64,000 nucleotides of DNA from Entomortierella parvispora E1425 (Eukaryota; Fungi; Mortierellomycota): contig BQFW01000004.1 in the NCBI GenBank assembly GCA_020891255.1, positions 682,001-746,000 on the forward strand. Reading direction: 5' to 3'. Position numbers and translations under genes: made by a program. A model generated the notes under the pieces. The model had not been told where the DNA came from and made no database searches. It was given only the letters and a program-made list of their open reading frames with translations. Shown here piece after piece: positions 24,143 through 36,106 of this stretch. Positions within the stretch are counted from its first letter, which is position 1; each line of letters opens with the position of its first letter.

Positions 24143-25041
24143 GAATCAGGGGATTCACCCGCGGTTACTTGATTAATTCCTCGGCTGCCGTTGCCGTACT
24201 TAGGGCAATTGGGACTGATGTGACCCAATTCGCGGCAGCGGAAGCAGCCACCGTTACGTACAAGGTACTCTCGGTCGGCGGCGGTCAGGGGTGCGGGGCG
24301 ATCTCGAGAAGGGTTGTTAGTACCGTTGGTGGGGCGGTTCTGTAAGGAGCGGTGAAGGGTGCCGAGTTGCTTGTGGATATTGTTGAGTTGGATATGAATA
24401 TTGTCCACTTCCATTGCGTTGGGGTCGGTGATACCAGCAGAGGATCCCGAGGCAGCCAGTGCTTTGGCACCGAGTGATGGGTCTTCAGTGTGGAAGATAC
24501 GACCGAACTCCTCCGCGGCCTTAAAGAGTCTGGGCAGATCTATGGTGTCGTTGCCTGCATTAACAATGGCCACTTCCAGCATCTGGCGAAGCTGAGTAGG
24601 TGCACCACTGAGAAAGGCAGTACGGATAGTATCGTTGAGAACTGCGTTGTCGGCGTAGTAAGACTGGAGGAGCAGGTGGTATTCACGGGCTTTGGTAATA
24701 TAGGCCATGACGTTGGAGATGTTCAGTGGCAGTGTCATTTTCATTTGCATTGTGAGGGCGAGAATGTGCTCCTTAAACTTCGCAGGACTGAACTCGGTGG
24801 CAAGGAGCTCGCTGAAATCCGGGAATGAGGTGTCGGATGGCTTGTTTAAGAGTGCCCACCAGCCGATAACCTCATCGCCGGCAAAGGCAAGGGTAACCCC
24901 GACCTTGCGAGGTTCGGCAATTCCAGCGCCATCGAAGAAAAAGGTCATGCGTTTCAGAAAACCGAGAACAGAGAATCCGTCGCGCTTGCCGTTGAACGGT
25001 GTTGGATGAGGGAATTTGAATGACGGTGTCGCGGGGTCCAT
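24121..25041 (-). CDS. gag: Gag with CCHC zinc knuckle
   Basis: MDPATPSFKFPHPTPFNGKRD... and CFRCRELGHISPNC; TAG at 24121-24123. Confidence 0.92.
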   Translation of the reverse strand: MDPATPSFKFPHPTPFNGKRDGFSVLGFLKRMTFFFDGAGIAEPRKVGVTLAFAGDEVIGWWALLNKPSDTSFPDFSELLATEFSPAKFKEHILALTMQMKMTLPLNISNVMAYITKAREYHLLLQSYYADNAVLNDTIRTAFLSGAPTQLRQMLEVAIVNAGNDTIDLPRLFKAAEEFGRIFHTEDPSLGAKALAASGSSAGITDPNAMEVDNIHIQLNNIHKQLGTLHRSLQNRPTNGTNNPSRDRPAPLTAADREYLVRNGGCFRCRELGHISPNCPKYGNGSRGINQVTAGESPDSGKASGN

Positions 25042-25137
25042 GTTGGGTGAATTGTCGAGGGAGAGTTGATCGAAGAGGGATACGAGGGGGTCCAGGGTGT
25101 GAGTGTGTCGGAGGGTCAGTGGGTCAGTGAGGTCAGT

Positions 25138-25159
25138 GGATCGAAAACCTTTGCTACCA
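25138..25159 (-). other. Primer-binding site, initiator tRNA-Met type
   Basis: TGGTAGCAAAGGTTTTCGATCC directly follows the 5' LTR. TGGTAGC is complementary to the GCUACCA 3' end of eukaryotic tRNAi-Met. Confidence 0.8.
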
Positions 25160-25270
25160 TGCAATAGGAGTATCGAGGGTGGAGTGGAGACAAGAAGTGA
25201 GTTTTATTATATTGCAAGTTTCTAGCTTTTGTAGGTACACATCGCGTGATGTCACCGTATTCCTGTTACA
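25160..25270 (-). repeat. 5' LTR (111 bp)
   Basis: Identical to 20204-20314. Confidence 0.97.
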
Positions 25271-26553
25271 ACTTCCATCATCCATCACACTGACCCCCCC
25301 CCCCTGCTCCTCCAAAATGCATGCTACAAACGTTGCCCCAATGTCCTCTCTACCCCTGAGGCGTGATTTTATACCTCGTTTCATAGAAGCAGGGTTGGGG
25401 CCAATTCCCTCCAACAACAGCCCCGTCCAACGCTTTGTCGTGTCAGGCCATTCGTTACCCGGATTTTTCTTTGTCGTTTCACCATAACACACCATCGCGA
25501 TCTGGACCCACATACAAACTGCAACTGATAAATGAGAGCGCGCTGCTTTTGTCAACAATCCCATTGGGCGAATGGGGGAGGGAACATCAGCGTGTCTGTT
25601 TTCTTGCGTGTGCCAAAAGACTCCAAGAATCCTTTCCCCTATCAATCGCCCCTGCGTCCTGATGGCGGCGTGTACCTTCGAGACCGGCGCAAAGGTACGG
25701 AAAACTAAACAGAAAGGCGTCACGTTGTGGCAATTCATGAGGGGGAGGGCGTCTTTCCTAGGGTGGCAATGGTCACAAGAAAGTAAAGCTCGGTGTCTTG
25801 ATGTGGATCGCCACGCATTGAACGGGCTGATATGGAGGAAAGCAGGGGCCAAGTGCATTGCGGGGTTTCTAGAGACAGTCGGGGATGCGCACTTTTGTCA
25901 GGAAATGACGCTCGATGAATGATAGATATGTAAATGAGGGCCAGATTATCAGCGTCCATGAGAATTTTTTCAGAACTCAGCGTCGGCACATGTGAAGCTG
26001 AGTGCGTGTTTCTTTCCTTATCTCTCTACTCTAGGCGTCCTTCCCACAATGACAAATGAGACGATCCCAGCCACCCAGCCAGGCACCGATTCACGTTGCA
26101 CCAAAACGGGACTGATCTCCCAAATCGGGCCGTCGGTGTGTCGGACCCTGAAGATCGGCTTTCGCCTGTTTGCTAGACGTCTCAGATAGACATGATCAGT
26201 ACTCTTCTCGTTCTTTTTGAAAGCGCAAGATATCGTTGCCCGCCTGGCTGGCTGCCAAATGAGATAGCGATTTTCTCGGCCGCAAGACGCGCTACTTTAC
26301 CACTGTATCACCACTATCTGAGATTACAAGCGGGGTCAAAGCGCAATGATGCTGGCCACCCTATCTCTAGAACCATCTCGGCGGAGGAGTCCGATCCACG
26401 GCAACATATAAAAGGGCAGCTCGTCCTGACCCTCCCCTCCAATCTCCTCATTCAACAACAACCAACTCTCTCTGACACTCCTCAAGCTTTCCTCGACAGC
26501 CACAAGCACCTTCCACTAAACCATACTACAACTCCCCACATCTACAAATCACA

Positions 26554-26772
26554 ATGGACACCAACACCTCTTCCATGGCCTTCTTCAAGAACATGAAGTG
26601 TAACGGTCGCCCGACTTCTTCGACTTCTTCCTCGCGCTCCTCTGGCAGCTTCTTCTCCTTCAAGTCCAGCAACAAGGCCTCGCGTGCCTCCCAGATCGGC
26701 CCCTTGAACCTCGGCTCTGAAAAGGTCATGTCCTCAAACAACAGCAGTTCTAGCTCGCTCTCCCGTGCTTAA
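26554..26772 (+). CDS. Small Ser-rich orphan protein, 72 aa
   Basis: TATAAAA at 26407, C/A-rich leader, ACAATGG start context, and codons biased to TTC/AAG/AAC/TCC like highly expressed genes in this window. Confidence 0.55.
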   Translation: MDTNTSSMAFFKNMKCNGRPTSSTSSSRSSGSFFSFKSSNKASRASQIGPLNLGSEKVMSSNNSSSSSLSRA

Positions 26773-27304
26773 GAGGAGTCAAGCCAAAAGGCCTCCTGAT
26801 TGACCAAAGACGAGGCTTCCTCCACAATATAATCCGCAAAAGCCAAGCGAACGAATACCCCCACTTAAACATGGAGTTCTCTACGAAACGCACTACCAAT
26901 TTATAGCCCTTTAAAATATCATCTGTACCATAATTCAATACAAAGACAACCACCATTCCGCTTTATGATGAGTATATTCACCTTTATTGAAAGGGCATGT
27001 CTTCTGTCCTTTATTTAGGCACTCTTGGTCCCAATGTACGATTTGAGGCGAGTCTGTAAATGCAGGACATAAAATACGGTGACGTTTGCATCACACCCGG
27101 TGAGGCTTCCACACACACTTGATGAGCCCAACATGACCATGGAGGGAGGATGGAGGTATGTAGATGTTTGCATGACACGACATTTGGCACCATTAGCATT
27201 ATTGTCCAGAGGGCTGATCTGCTGGAGGGAGGAGCATAGATGGAGGGACCGAGCGAGACGAGACGAGTGAGTGCAGGAACAAATTTTGAGGGTGCACCAA
27301 TTCT

Positions 27305-27308
<4 letters not shown>

Positions 27309-27354
<46 letters not shown>
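27309..27354. repeat. (CT)n microsatellite
   Basis: Direct observation, about 23 units. Confidence 0.95.
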
Positions 27355-27358
<4 letters not shown>

Positions 27359-28036
27359 TTCTCTTCACCCCTTCTCGTCTTCTCACTCTTTCATTCTTTT
27401 TTTGTCTGTCACCCACCCTCTTCCTTTCTTCTTTTCCTTCCTTCTCTTCCTTCCTTCCCTTCCTTCCTTTCCTTTCCTTCACCCTTCACCCCTCCTCCCA
27501 TCATCTCATCATCTCATCATCCCTCCTTCGTTCTTTCATTTTCAGTTCTTTTGCCCCATTGTCATTTTTGAATTCTCTTTTCTCTTTCCTACACTGTATC
27601 CTTTTACGATTATACCTGCTCTTCTTCGATTCCCCTTCCCCGACCTTTCCCCCCTCTCCCAGCCGGAGAAGAAACTCCAAAAGAAAAGAAAAAAAAGTTA
27701 CTCCTCGCTTCACAACAAAAATACTGTAACCCCCTCGCAGAAAGACGACCCAGAAGAACATATCTCGCTACGCCTGTAAATACCCGTGCTTCCATCTGCC
27801 CCCATTGTACATACCATCCTCGTCTCGCTTTTCAACTCCCTCGTCTCGCTTTTCAACTCCCATTGAAGCAAAGCAACGCGATTGCCAATCATCATCCTAG
27901 AAATAAGGCACGGCCATTCTCCCCTGCCCCCGTTTTATAATTTATTTTTTCATCTCCCCCCTTTTAATCAATCCACACCACACGCACACGAGCTACGCAC
28001 TTCGCCCATCCTCGAAAAGACATCCGATCCGCTGTC

Positions 28037-29985
28037 ATGACCACCAAGCAACTCGACATGTCTTTTGATGCAATGTCTCTCCGAGACAATGGCATTTCTT
28101 CGCCCGTCGATCGCCGCTACTCCCAGTATGGGTCTGAGCGAGCCCCCACCAGCCCCGTGGCGCGCAAACCCACCGCTGGCTCCCAGCGCAACAGCATGCG
28201 CGGTGGCGACAATCGTCGCCAGTCCAGCCGTCTTTCTGTTGCCAACTTGGTATGTGTGTGGAGTGGAGGGGTGATCGATACATGATCTGATGATCGGCCC
28301 GTGGTGGCCGCGCCTGTGTTGCACAATCAGTCTCACGGCATCCAGGTGTCACCAATCTCACCCTCTCCACTTGTTTTTTTCTTCTTGTTCCGCTCTCTCT
28401 TGGTAATTCTTATCTTATAGAATTGGAGCCCACCCCATAGCTCTCCCGTCCAGTCCCCCATGCTCCAGCAGGACCCCCGGCAGTTGCAGCACATGCAGCA
28501 GCAGGTTTATGGCTACCAACAATCCCCAATGGCGCAACAGCCTGCCTTCGACAACCAGCAGGCGCTGCCCCAGACCACCGAGGAGTCCACGGATACTATT
28601 CCCACTGCAATTGTGATCAAGAACATTCCTTTTTCTGTGAAGCGCGATGCCCTCCTTGCTATCCTTGACAACCTCGATATCCCCAAGCCATACGCTTTCA
28701 ACTATCACTTTGACAATGGTATTTTCCGTGGACTGGCCTTTGCCAACTATCGCACGTCTGAGGAGACTGATATCGTAGTTGCTGCTGTCAATGGCCTCGA
28801 AGTCTCTGGACGTAAGCTTCGTGTTGAATTCAAGAAGGTCATGCCTGCTGCAGAGCAGGAGAAGCGTGAGCAGGACAAGGCTGCGGCCCTTGCAGCCGAG
28901 GCCTTGCATCGCCGTGAACTGGAGCTTATGGAAGCCCAGCTCTTGGAGCAGGAGCGCCGCGAGCAGGAGCGCAGAGAACATGAACGTCGCGAGCTCGAGC
29001 TTCAAAACAGAGAGTTTGAGCGCGAGCGTCGTAACCGAGCTTCCGCTGTGCTTGAGAGACGCGACTCTCAACGCAGCAACGAGAGAGACGATGGTAAACA
29101 ATGTCTGGACCTTTTTTGTTTTGGTAAACGAAACTCTAGCCTGACAACTAATATGATATCTCTGTACTCTTCTGACGAATGTAGCCTCCATGACCCAACT
29201 GGACCTGAACGATGGCGAGACATTGGCGTTCTACGACCGTCTTTTGATGTTCCGAGGAGACTCTACCAAGGACGACATGATCTTCCCCGAGAACCTGAGC
29301 GGACGTCAACGTCGCATTTTGCATTTGATCGCGGACAAGCTGTCCTTGTACCACTTTAGCGAGGGAGAGGGTAATGTGCGCAGACTCATTATCATGAAGA
29401 CCCCTCCACCTAACGCGGTCATGGAGGCACCCGCTCCAAGATCACCCAAGGTAAATTGATAACTGCCTTGCCTTGTATAATTACTTGTAGTGCTATTTTT
29501 GACTCTAACCTCTGCCTCTGCTCTCCGCCTATATCTTTGCCACAGCAACGTCCCATGTCCTTCGCTGGTCGCGGAAATTTGCGGGCTGAGAGTCCTGTGA
29601 TGAAAGCCAAGAACTCTGCCCATGATGTTGCAACTGGATCTGCATCGCCCACTCGTTCCTTGTATCGCAAATCCATGGTGTAAGTGTTTCATCTTGTTTG
29701 GATGTGGCACAGGCTGTTTGTCATCAACACACTCACGATGTTTGTCTTTTGTCAACCCCATGTAGTTTGAACCCGGATATGGCGAGCAATATTATCTATC
29801 CTATCCGCCAGCCCAAAGGGCCCGAGCCTGGCAAAGTGTTTACCATCAGGGAGCAGAAGCAGCTTCGCGATGCCACAATGATTGTTCCCGCCTTTGAGGT
29901 ACGCCCTCAGATTACCCGTTCCTTCTCAGGAAGAAGCATTTCGCTTGATGTGAAGGCTCCCAGCTTCAAGCCCGCCATGGCCTAA
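28037..29985 (+). CDS. PIN4: RRM + R3H RNA-binding protein (Pin4/Cip2-like), multi-exon
   Basis: TAIVIKNIPF...PYAFNYHFDNGIFRGLAFANY (Pin4-type RRM), a coiled coil, and R3H (FPENLSGRQRRILHLIADKLSLYHFSEGEG). Confidence 0.85.
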
Positions 29986-30343
29986 ACTGGTCTATCGTTT
30001 GACCACCACCAAATACACCCTGATATCCAATAAAATAGAGAGGGAGAGAAGAGGGCTCTCATGCAATGCAATCCACACCATACACAGCCTCGCCACAGCA
30101 CAGGCAAGCTCAATTGTCCAGGAACAGATGTTTGAAATGTCCAGAGGACCATCTCTTTTCTTCCTTTGACGACATCCATTCACCATTGACCTATACCCCT
30201 GAGCTGCTACTCGCGCTTTATGTTATTTTAAGGAGCCAAGCTGACAACCAAAGACGAAGGAGCAGCACAACAGCCGACTGCGACAGACCTCCGTGCTTAA
30301 CAAACACGCACGCACACACATACACAGGCATTCAGTTTTACCA

Positions 30344-31767
30344 ATGGCGAAGAAACAATCCAAGGTCGAAAGCCCATGGGGATACCCCATTGCGCTCATT
30401 TGGCGAGGCTCGGTAAATGGCTGTCTGAAGGCCCATGGCTGTTTTTTTGAACTCTGTTTTTCTGTTGTTTTTTTCTTTCGATGGATAGGTTGCAGCAAAC
30501 CGATGGAGGTATCATTAACACTGGTGGTCGTATTATTATTATTTTTTATCCTTTGGTTCATCTAGGTTATCCCCTTGATTCTGCCCAATGTCCTCTTCTC
30601 GGTCTTTGTTGCTGTCTCTGTCAGTTATATTTATTTGGCCATGGGCATCGACATTTCAATTGCAGGATCTGTCAGTAAGGATGACGGAAAACAAGTGGAA
30701 GAACCAGTCTTTGGTGGCCAGTTCAAGGATCATTCGGGCTAAAATGTCTTTTTTTTTTTTTTCTTTTTTTTTTTAAACCAGTCTCATCTCTGAGTATCGT
30801 CATTGGTTTGATCCTTGCCTTCAGAACCAACACGGCCTATGACCGATTCTGGGAAGGACGCAAGATTTGGACGACCATGAACACCAGTATCCGGAACATG
30901 GCCCGAGTAATTTGGGTCGGGATCAAGGAGAAGCCAGAGGGACCTGCCGGGATCAATGATCAAAAGATTCGAGCCATCAACATGTTGTTGGCCTTTGCCG
31001 TCGCTACCAAACACCATCTTCGATCCGAATACGGCACCTCGTACCGCGACCTTCAGGGCCTTCTCCCCGAGGATTTCATCCCTTGCAAGGCCGCGACCAG
31101 TTTGAGGACCCAGTATGTGAACCATCGTCAACATCTGAGGACAGACCGAAACGACTGGGTGATTGAGCGCGACAATTCCAACGCATCCATGTCCTTGCCT
31201 CTGGAGATTTCGTACCAGCTGTCGCTCTGGGTCAACTATGTCAAGGACAAGGATCTGATTGATATCCCTTATCAAGGCCAATGCACTATGGCCCTGTCCT
31301 CCCTGATCGACTGCTTTGGTAATCTGGAGAGAATCCTGTTGACACCGATCCCAGTCGCGTACAATATTCACCTGAAACAGATCTTGACCATGTATTGCTG
31401 CATCCTGCCCTTCACCACTGTCGAGGCCGTTCGTTGGTTGACGATCCCCTTGTGTGGCGCAGTGGCCTTTACGTTGTTTGGTATCGAAGCCATTGGAAAC
31501 CAGATTGAGGACCCTTTCGGTGTGTTTTTTTTTTTTTTTTTTTGTGGTGTTTTGGGCCGCATGTGGGACACTGGCTAAATAAGTGTTTTGATATATTTTG
31601 TAGGTTTCGATACGAATGATTTGAAGTTGGACGACTTTTGCTACGATTTGATGCTGGAGTTGGATTATATTGTTCAGACGGTGCCTCAGGACCAGTCCTC
31701 GATCTTTGAGTCAAGCCCCATCTCTACTCAGCCCAAGCAACAACGCAACGTTTTGATTCAAATTTAA
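30344..31767 (+). CDS. Bestrophin-like (UPF0187/YneE) anion channel
   Basis: LAFRTNTAYDRFWEGRKIW, ERILLTPIPVAY and GIEAIGNQIEDPFGFDTNDL; 4 exons. Confidence 0.88.
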
Positions 31768-32028
31768 ACCGCCTTCTCCCATTGCCTTCATCGCTACCAT
31801 CGCTACAAGGAATGGCTCAACAATCGGCCCATTCCTCTTTTTTTCTCGTCACTGACCTCCTTTCATCTACGGCAAGGCGGACGGTGATAAATATATAATA
31901 AATATTTATGTTCGATATAGATATGGTGTGAGAGATGGATGGAAAGGAGAGAAGGAGCATCCGCGAGATGAAAAGAGAAGGATGCGATACGTGCAAAATA
32001 TAAGATTATGTAAAAGGAAACGAGGCGC

Positions 32029-34277
32029 TTAATACGCCGCAAAAGCGGAGACGACCGATAGGATCGTCATTCCGAGGGTGATCCAGCCTTGGATCGAGTC
32101 AAAGGCCACGACGGGTTGAATGGCCTCATTGTGCGTCTGGCGGACCCTGATTCCAGGGAGCGTCGTATTGACAGGCGGACGAACTGATGGGTCATCAAAA
32201 AAAAAAAAAAAAAAAAAAAAAAAAGTGTTAACACCCTAGTCCAAAAAAACAATTGAAAAGAACAAGTAAATACCTCGGACCAAGCAAAATACATACCCAC
32301 TGGCACAGTTTGTTGGGTGTCTGCACACGTAGCTCGGCAGTCGCTCTTCCACTTTGCGCTCAAGATTTGTTCAGGACCTTTTGTGCAAACGAAATAATTG
32401 TTTGCCACCGAACATGTCTTCCAAGTGTGATGGTTATCCAGTGGCAAAGGTCCCGACAACAAATTGTTGGAAAAGTTCAAGACGGTCAAATTCAATCCCG
32501 CGCCCCAGGGTGGGATAGGTCCTGACAGCTGGTTGTAAGACATATCAAGGACTAAACACAGCAAACCGAGAAACCGGAAATATACAATTAATATCGCTCC
32601 ATTTTCTGTTGTTTCCGTGCTTTTCTCTTCTCCTCTTGTCTCTTACCAGTCAAAGATCGAAGTCCTGACAAGTCTGGAATAGTTCCTCCAAACTCATTCC
32701 TGTCCAACAATAACGTCTTCATTCCCGGGAACCCGTTTAAATAACTGGGGATCGGACCTTGCATTGTGTTGTTGGACAAGTCCAACTTTGTCAAATTGAC
32801 CATCTTTTGCTGCCATGATGCCGGAAATCCTCCCGAGATCCCCAAGGAATCCAGTTTGAGCTGCTTCAACTTTGGTAGGCGCGTAAACGCTTCCAAAAAC
32901 ACGGAGGAAGGCGGAACATAGTTGGCGGGGGTAACGTTTGCAGGAATTGACGCCTGAGCAGCTGGGGTCGAGGCGCCAGTCCCGCTCATGGGTGGAGGCT
33001 CAAGATTGAAGGAAAAGGCTGGAACTGGATCACCCGTCGTGAACTGGTTTTGGCCGAGTGCCAGAGAGTGAAGGTTGGGCAAGGTGGACAGCCAATCTGG
33101 TAAGGGGCCTGTCAAGGCATTTTGTTCCAAGTTAAGAGTCCCGATGTTTGTCCATCCAGGGGCGGATGACGGCAACGGACCTGACAAGCGGTTGTGGCTG
33201 AGGTCTATTGAATAGAAAAGAGAAAGAAAAAAGTCAGATGGAAGAGTCTTAATCGTGCAGTAGTGATAACCAACGATTCGAATGTAGACTTGCCTAGGAT
33301 TAGCAATGGTAGGTTGGCGACACCCTGGGGGATAGGTCCAGATAAGTTGTTGTAGTACAGGAGCAGGTATTGAAGCCTATAGCACAATCGACAAAATACG
33401 TGTAAATGAGACGGTGCATTGTCCCAACAAGACCAACAAATAGTTAGGTGCTTACGCCGTTAAACTGCCTAAACTATCGGGCAAGGATCCGGAAAGACCT
33501 TGGCCTAGAGAAGAGAGTTGAAGATTGTTAAACTTTTGAAGGCACCTTTCTCTTGTCTGGCTGCTGCTGTTGACGCGTTGCGAACAAAGTACCTGCTAAA
33601 TAAATGTAAATGATCTGGCCCGCGGCGTTGCATTTGACGCCAGAAGAGTTGGGGTATTCTGCATTGCAGCAATTGGCTGTATCTGGGACAAATTGCCAGG
33701 GACCCGTCGCCTTGTACAGCTCACCAAAAATAGCGCAATCGGGACTAGGGGTTCCAGGCTTTAAGATCCCTGACGGGTTTGTAGGCAAGGGTTTAGGACT
33801 TTGTGGTGTGGTTGGCTGTGGCGATGGTGGGGGTGGAGGTGGAGGGGAAGGTGCTGCCGGTGCTGGAGCAGCAGGCGCTGGAGGAACGTCTGGTACTGAT
33901 GCTGGAGATGGTTGGGGTGAGGGTATTGAGGGCGGTAACACAGCGTGCGTAACGGGGGTTGGATCAGGTTCCATCTCGTCGTGATCCAGAAAGCTTTCGC
34001 TATCGTATTCATCATCGTCGTCAGACTGAGCAGCAACCAGGGAACCGGCATTCAAGATTGAGAGTATCACGAGGGCGAGAATGGCTGAAAGGAATAGCTT
34101 TCTGGTCAAACGCCCGTAGCCTTTGATGAATAAAGTCGAGATGACAATGGGGAAACAGAAACAAGAGCCCAAAGCGAAGCGAGTCAGCCAGCTGGAAACA
34201 AGCCTTTTTTTTTTTTGTACACGATCAATCGAGATTGAAAAACGCGCTTTACCTTTGGCACGGGTGGAGGCGGCCAT
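32029..34277 (-). CDS. Secreted, probably GPI-anchored leucine-rich-repeat protein with plant-type LRRs
   Basis: Signal peptide, acidic and Pro-rich linker, Cys cap, and repeats such as LxLxxNxLSGPIP/LTGPLP/MQGPIP. The last exon (phase 1) ends ...GWITLGMTILSVVSAFAAY* at 32029. Confidence 0.8.
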
Positions 34278-35070
34278 TGTGTTTTCAGCAAGGAGAGTGT
34301 GAAGAAAGAGCGGGCTATATGAAGGTTGAGAAGACAAAAGAGAGATGGCAAGACAAAAGAGGCGATAAGGAGTGAAGGGAATACAAAAGTCGGTGCTGGT
34401 TGCCATTACGGCACTCTCCAGCTGTGTTTATCTCCCCTTTTGCTCCAAATGGACCTCCTTTTGCAACATCTATCAAGCCAGGCCATCCATGGCGCAACGA
34501 TGGTATTAATACCCGCTCAAGCACGTATCAAAGGCACATTCACACAAGAACAGCAAGTCCGGCAGCGAATAGGCGGGCCACGTTGCTTCGTTGTAGGGTC
34601 GTTTATCAATCTTCAGAATCCTGTTGGCTAACAGGTGCATGAGAAGCGAAAACTCCTTTTTCAGGAGACATCAAAAGGAGAGCGAATGAGGAAGCGAGTG
34701 AACAAGGGCATAAAAGATGGTCCCCGGCACGGGAAGGCGCAAGGGGTGGGGAGGAGGGGAAGATGATGATGAGAGAAAGATACCTGGCTGTGCCAACAGG
34801 CGAGGACCCCACCCCATCCCACCCTCGGCGATCTCTGCTCCGTCTGCTCCGTCTGCTCTGCTCGTCTGCCTCTCTTTTTCTGTCCTTCCCTGCCTGTGCG
34901 CTTGTGCGCCCATCCCACAAAAATAAAAATAAAATCGGTGGCGCGTCCGCATTGGCCAGGCATCCCGCACGGGATTCGTCCAGTTCACAGCAGTCAGGGC
35001 TTCACTTCCTGCCCCTTCTCCTCTTCATCTCTTCACATTCTCCATCTATCCTCCCACATCCACATCCATC

Positions 35071-35955
35071 ATGCGCATCACTACCGCCTCGCTCGCATGC
35101 CTCGCTCTTTTCACTAGCTCAGTCTTGGCTGGCCAAGCTGTGCCCGAGATTGACGAAGGTAGCCTGTCGAGGATAGACATTCCCCTTTGATTACCCGAGT
35201 CATACATCATCTCGACTCTTTGTGGTGAACAATGACTGGAATGAACCAAAATTACCAACTAATGCCTTCCCGCATGCTCCATTAATAGAATATCAAAAGG
35301 TGACATGCGGATCATCTATCAAGTTGACGCATGAGAAGACTGAGTTCAAGCTGCATTCGCATCAGATTCCTTACGGCACAGGATCAGGACAGCAGTCAGT
35401 TACGGCCGTCCCTGGCAAGGATGACACCAACTCGCTCTGGATCGGTAGGAACTTCTAGTCCATGCTTTCGAAGACTTGAAGTAATGCATTAGAAACCATC
35501 CTCCTTTCATGGCGACTCATCTCCTTCTCCTTCTCACCTGTTCATTAGTGATGGCTCAATTGGGACATATCTGCGACCGAGGCGAACCCGTTCCTTGTGG
35601 AAGCGTCGTGAGACTCAAGCACGTCAACACTAAGAAGTTCCTTCATTCACATCACCACAACTCACCCATGTCAGGAGGCCGTGAAGTCTCTGCGTACGAG
35701 GGTCAGGATGATGGCGATAACTGGACGTTGCAGTGCGCCAACAAGAAGGATACATACTGGATGCGGGAATCGCCTGTCCAATTGATCCATCAAAACACAG
35801 GCATGTACCTCAGCACCTCTACAAAGCATGTTTATGGAAACCCCATCCCAGGACAGCAGGAAGTTGCCGCCCATGGAGCGCATTCGGCAGGAGAGAACAA
35901 GTGGCTGGCCCAGGAAGGTGTCTACTTTGCCGAGCGCGAAAAGGAAGAATTGTAA
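35071..35955 (+). CDS. SDF2: Stromal cell-derived factor 2-like MIR-domain ER protein
   Basis: Signal peptide MRITTASLACLALF..., VTCGSSIKLTH, LHSHQIPYGTGSGQQSVT, CGSVVRLKHVNT and GQQEVAA; ends in KEEL. Confidence 0.9.
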
Positions 35956-36106
35956 ACAATATCTCAAACGCATACAATAATATACCTTCAACCCAATGAC
36001 AAGACTCTATCAACAACATCTGAGTGGAGCGAATGTTCTTTAATGACATGGTGGGTAAGCCTCCTGTAAATAAGAGTATCATCCTTGGTGGGTCAACACT
36101 ATGGTC

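Larger units (their letters stand above)
20204..25270 (-). mobile_element. Full-length Ty3/Gypsy LTR retrotransposon (chromovirus)
   Basis: Identical 111-bp LTRs (TG...CA) and 5-bp TSD ACTTC at 20199-20203 and 25271-25275. PBS and PPT present. Domain order gag-PR-RT-RH-IN-chromodomain. Confidence 0.97.

Noticed and set aside
20325-25164. Plus-strand ORFs inside the retrotransposon and long antisense ORFs over other genes (e.g. 28415-29191, 40593-41273, 55771-56277)
   Set aside because: Shadow ORFs caused by codon bias of the sense gene; no independent motifs.
27156-27209. 54-nt intron-like segment in a uORF far upstream of PIN4
   Set aside because: The branch point is weak and there is no other support; it may be chance.
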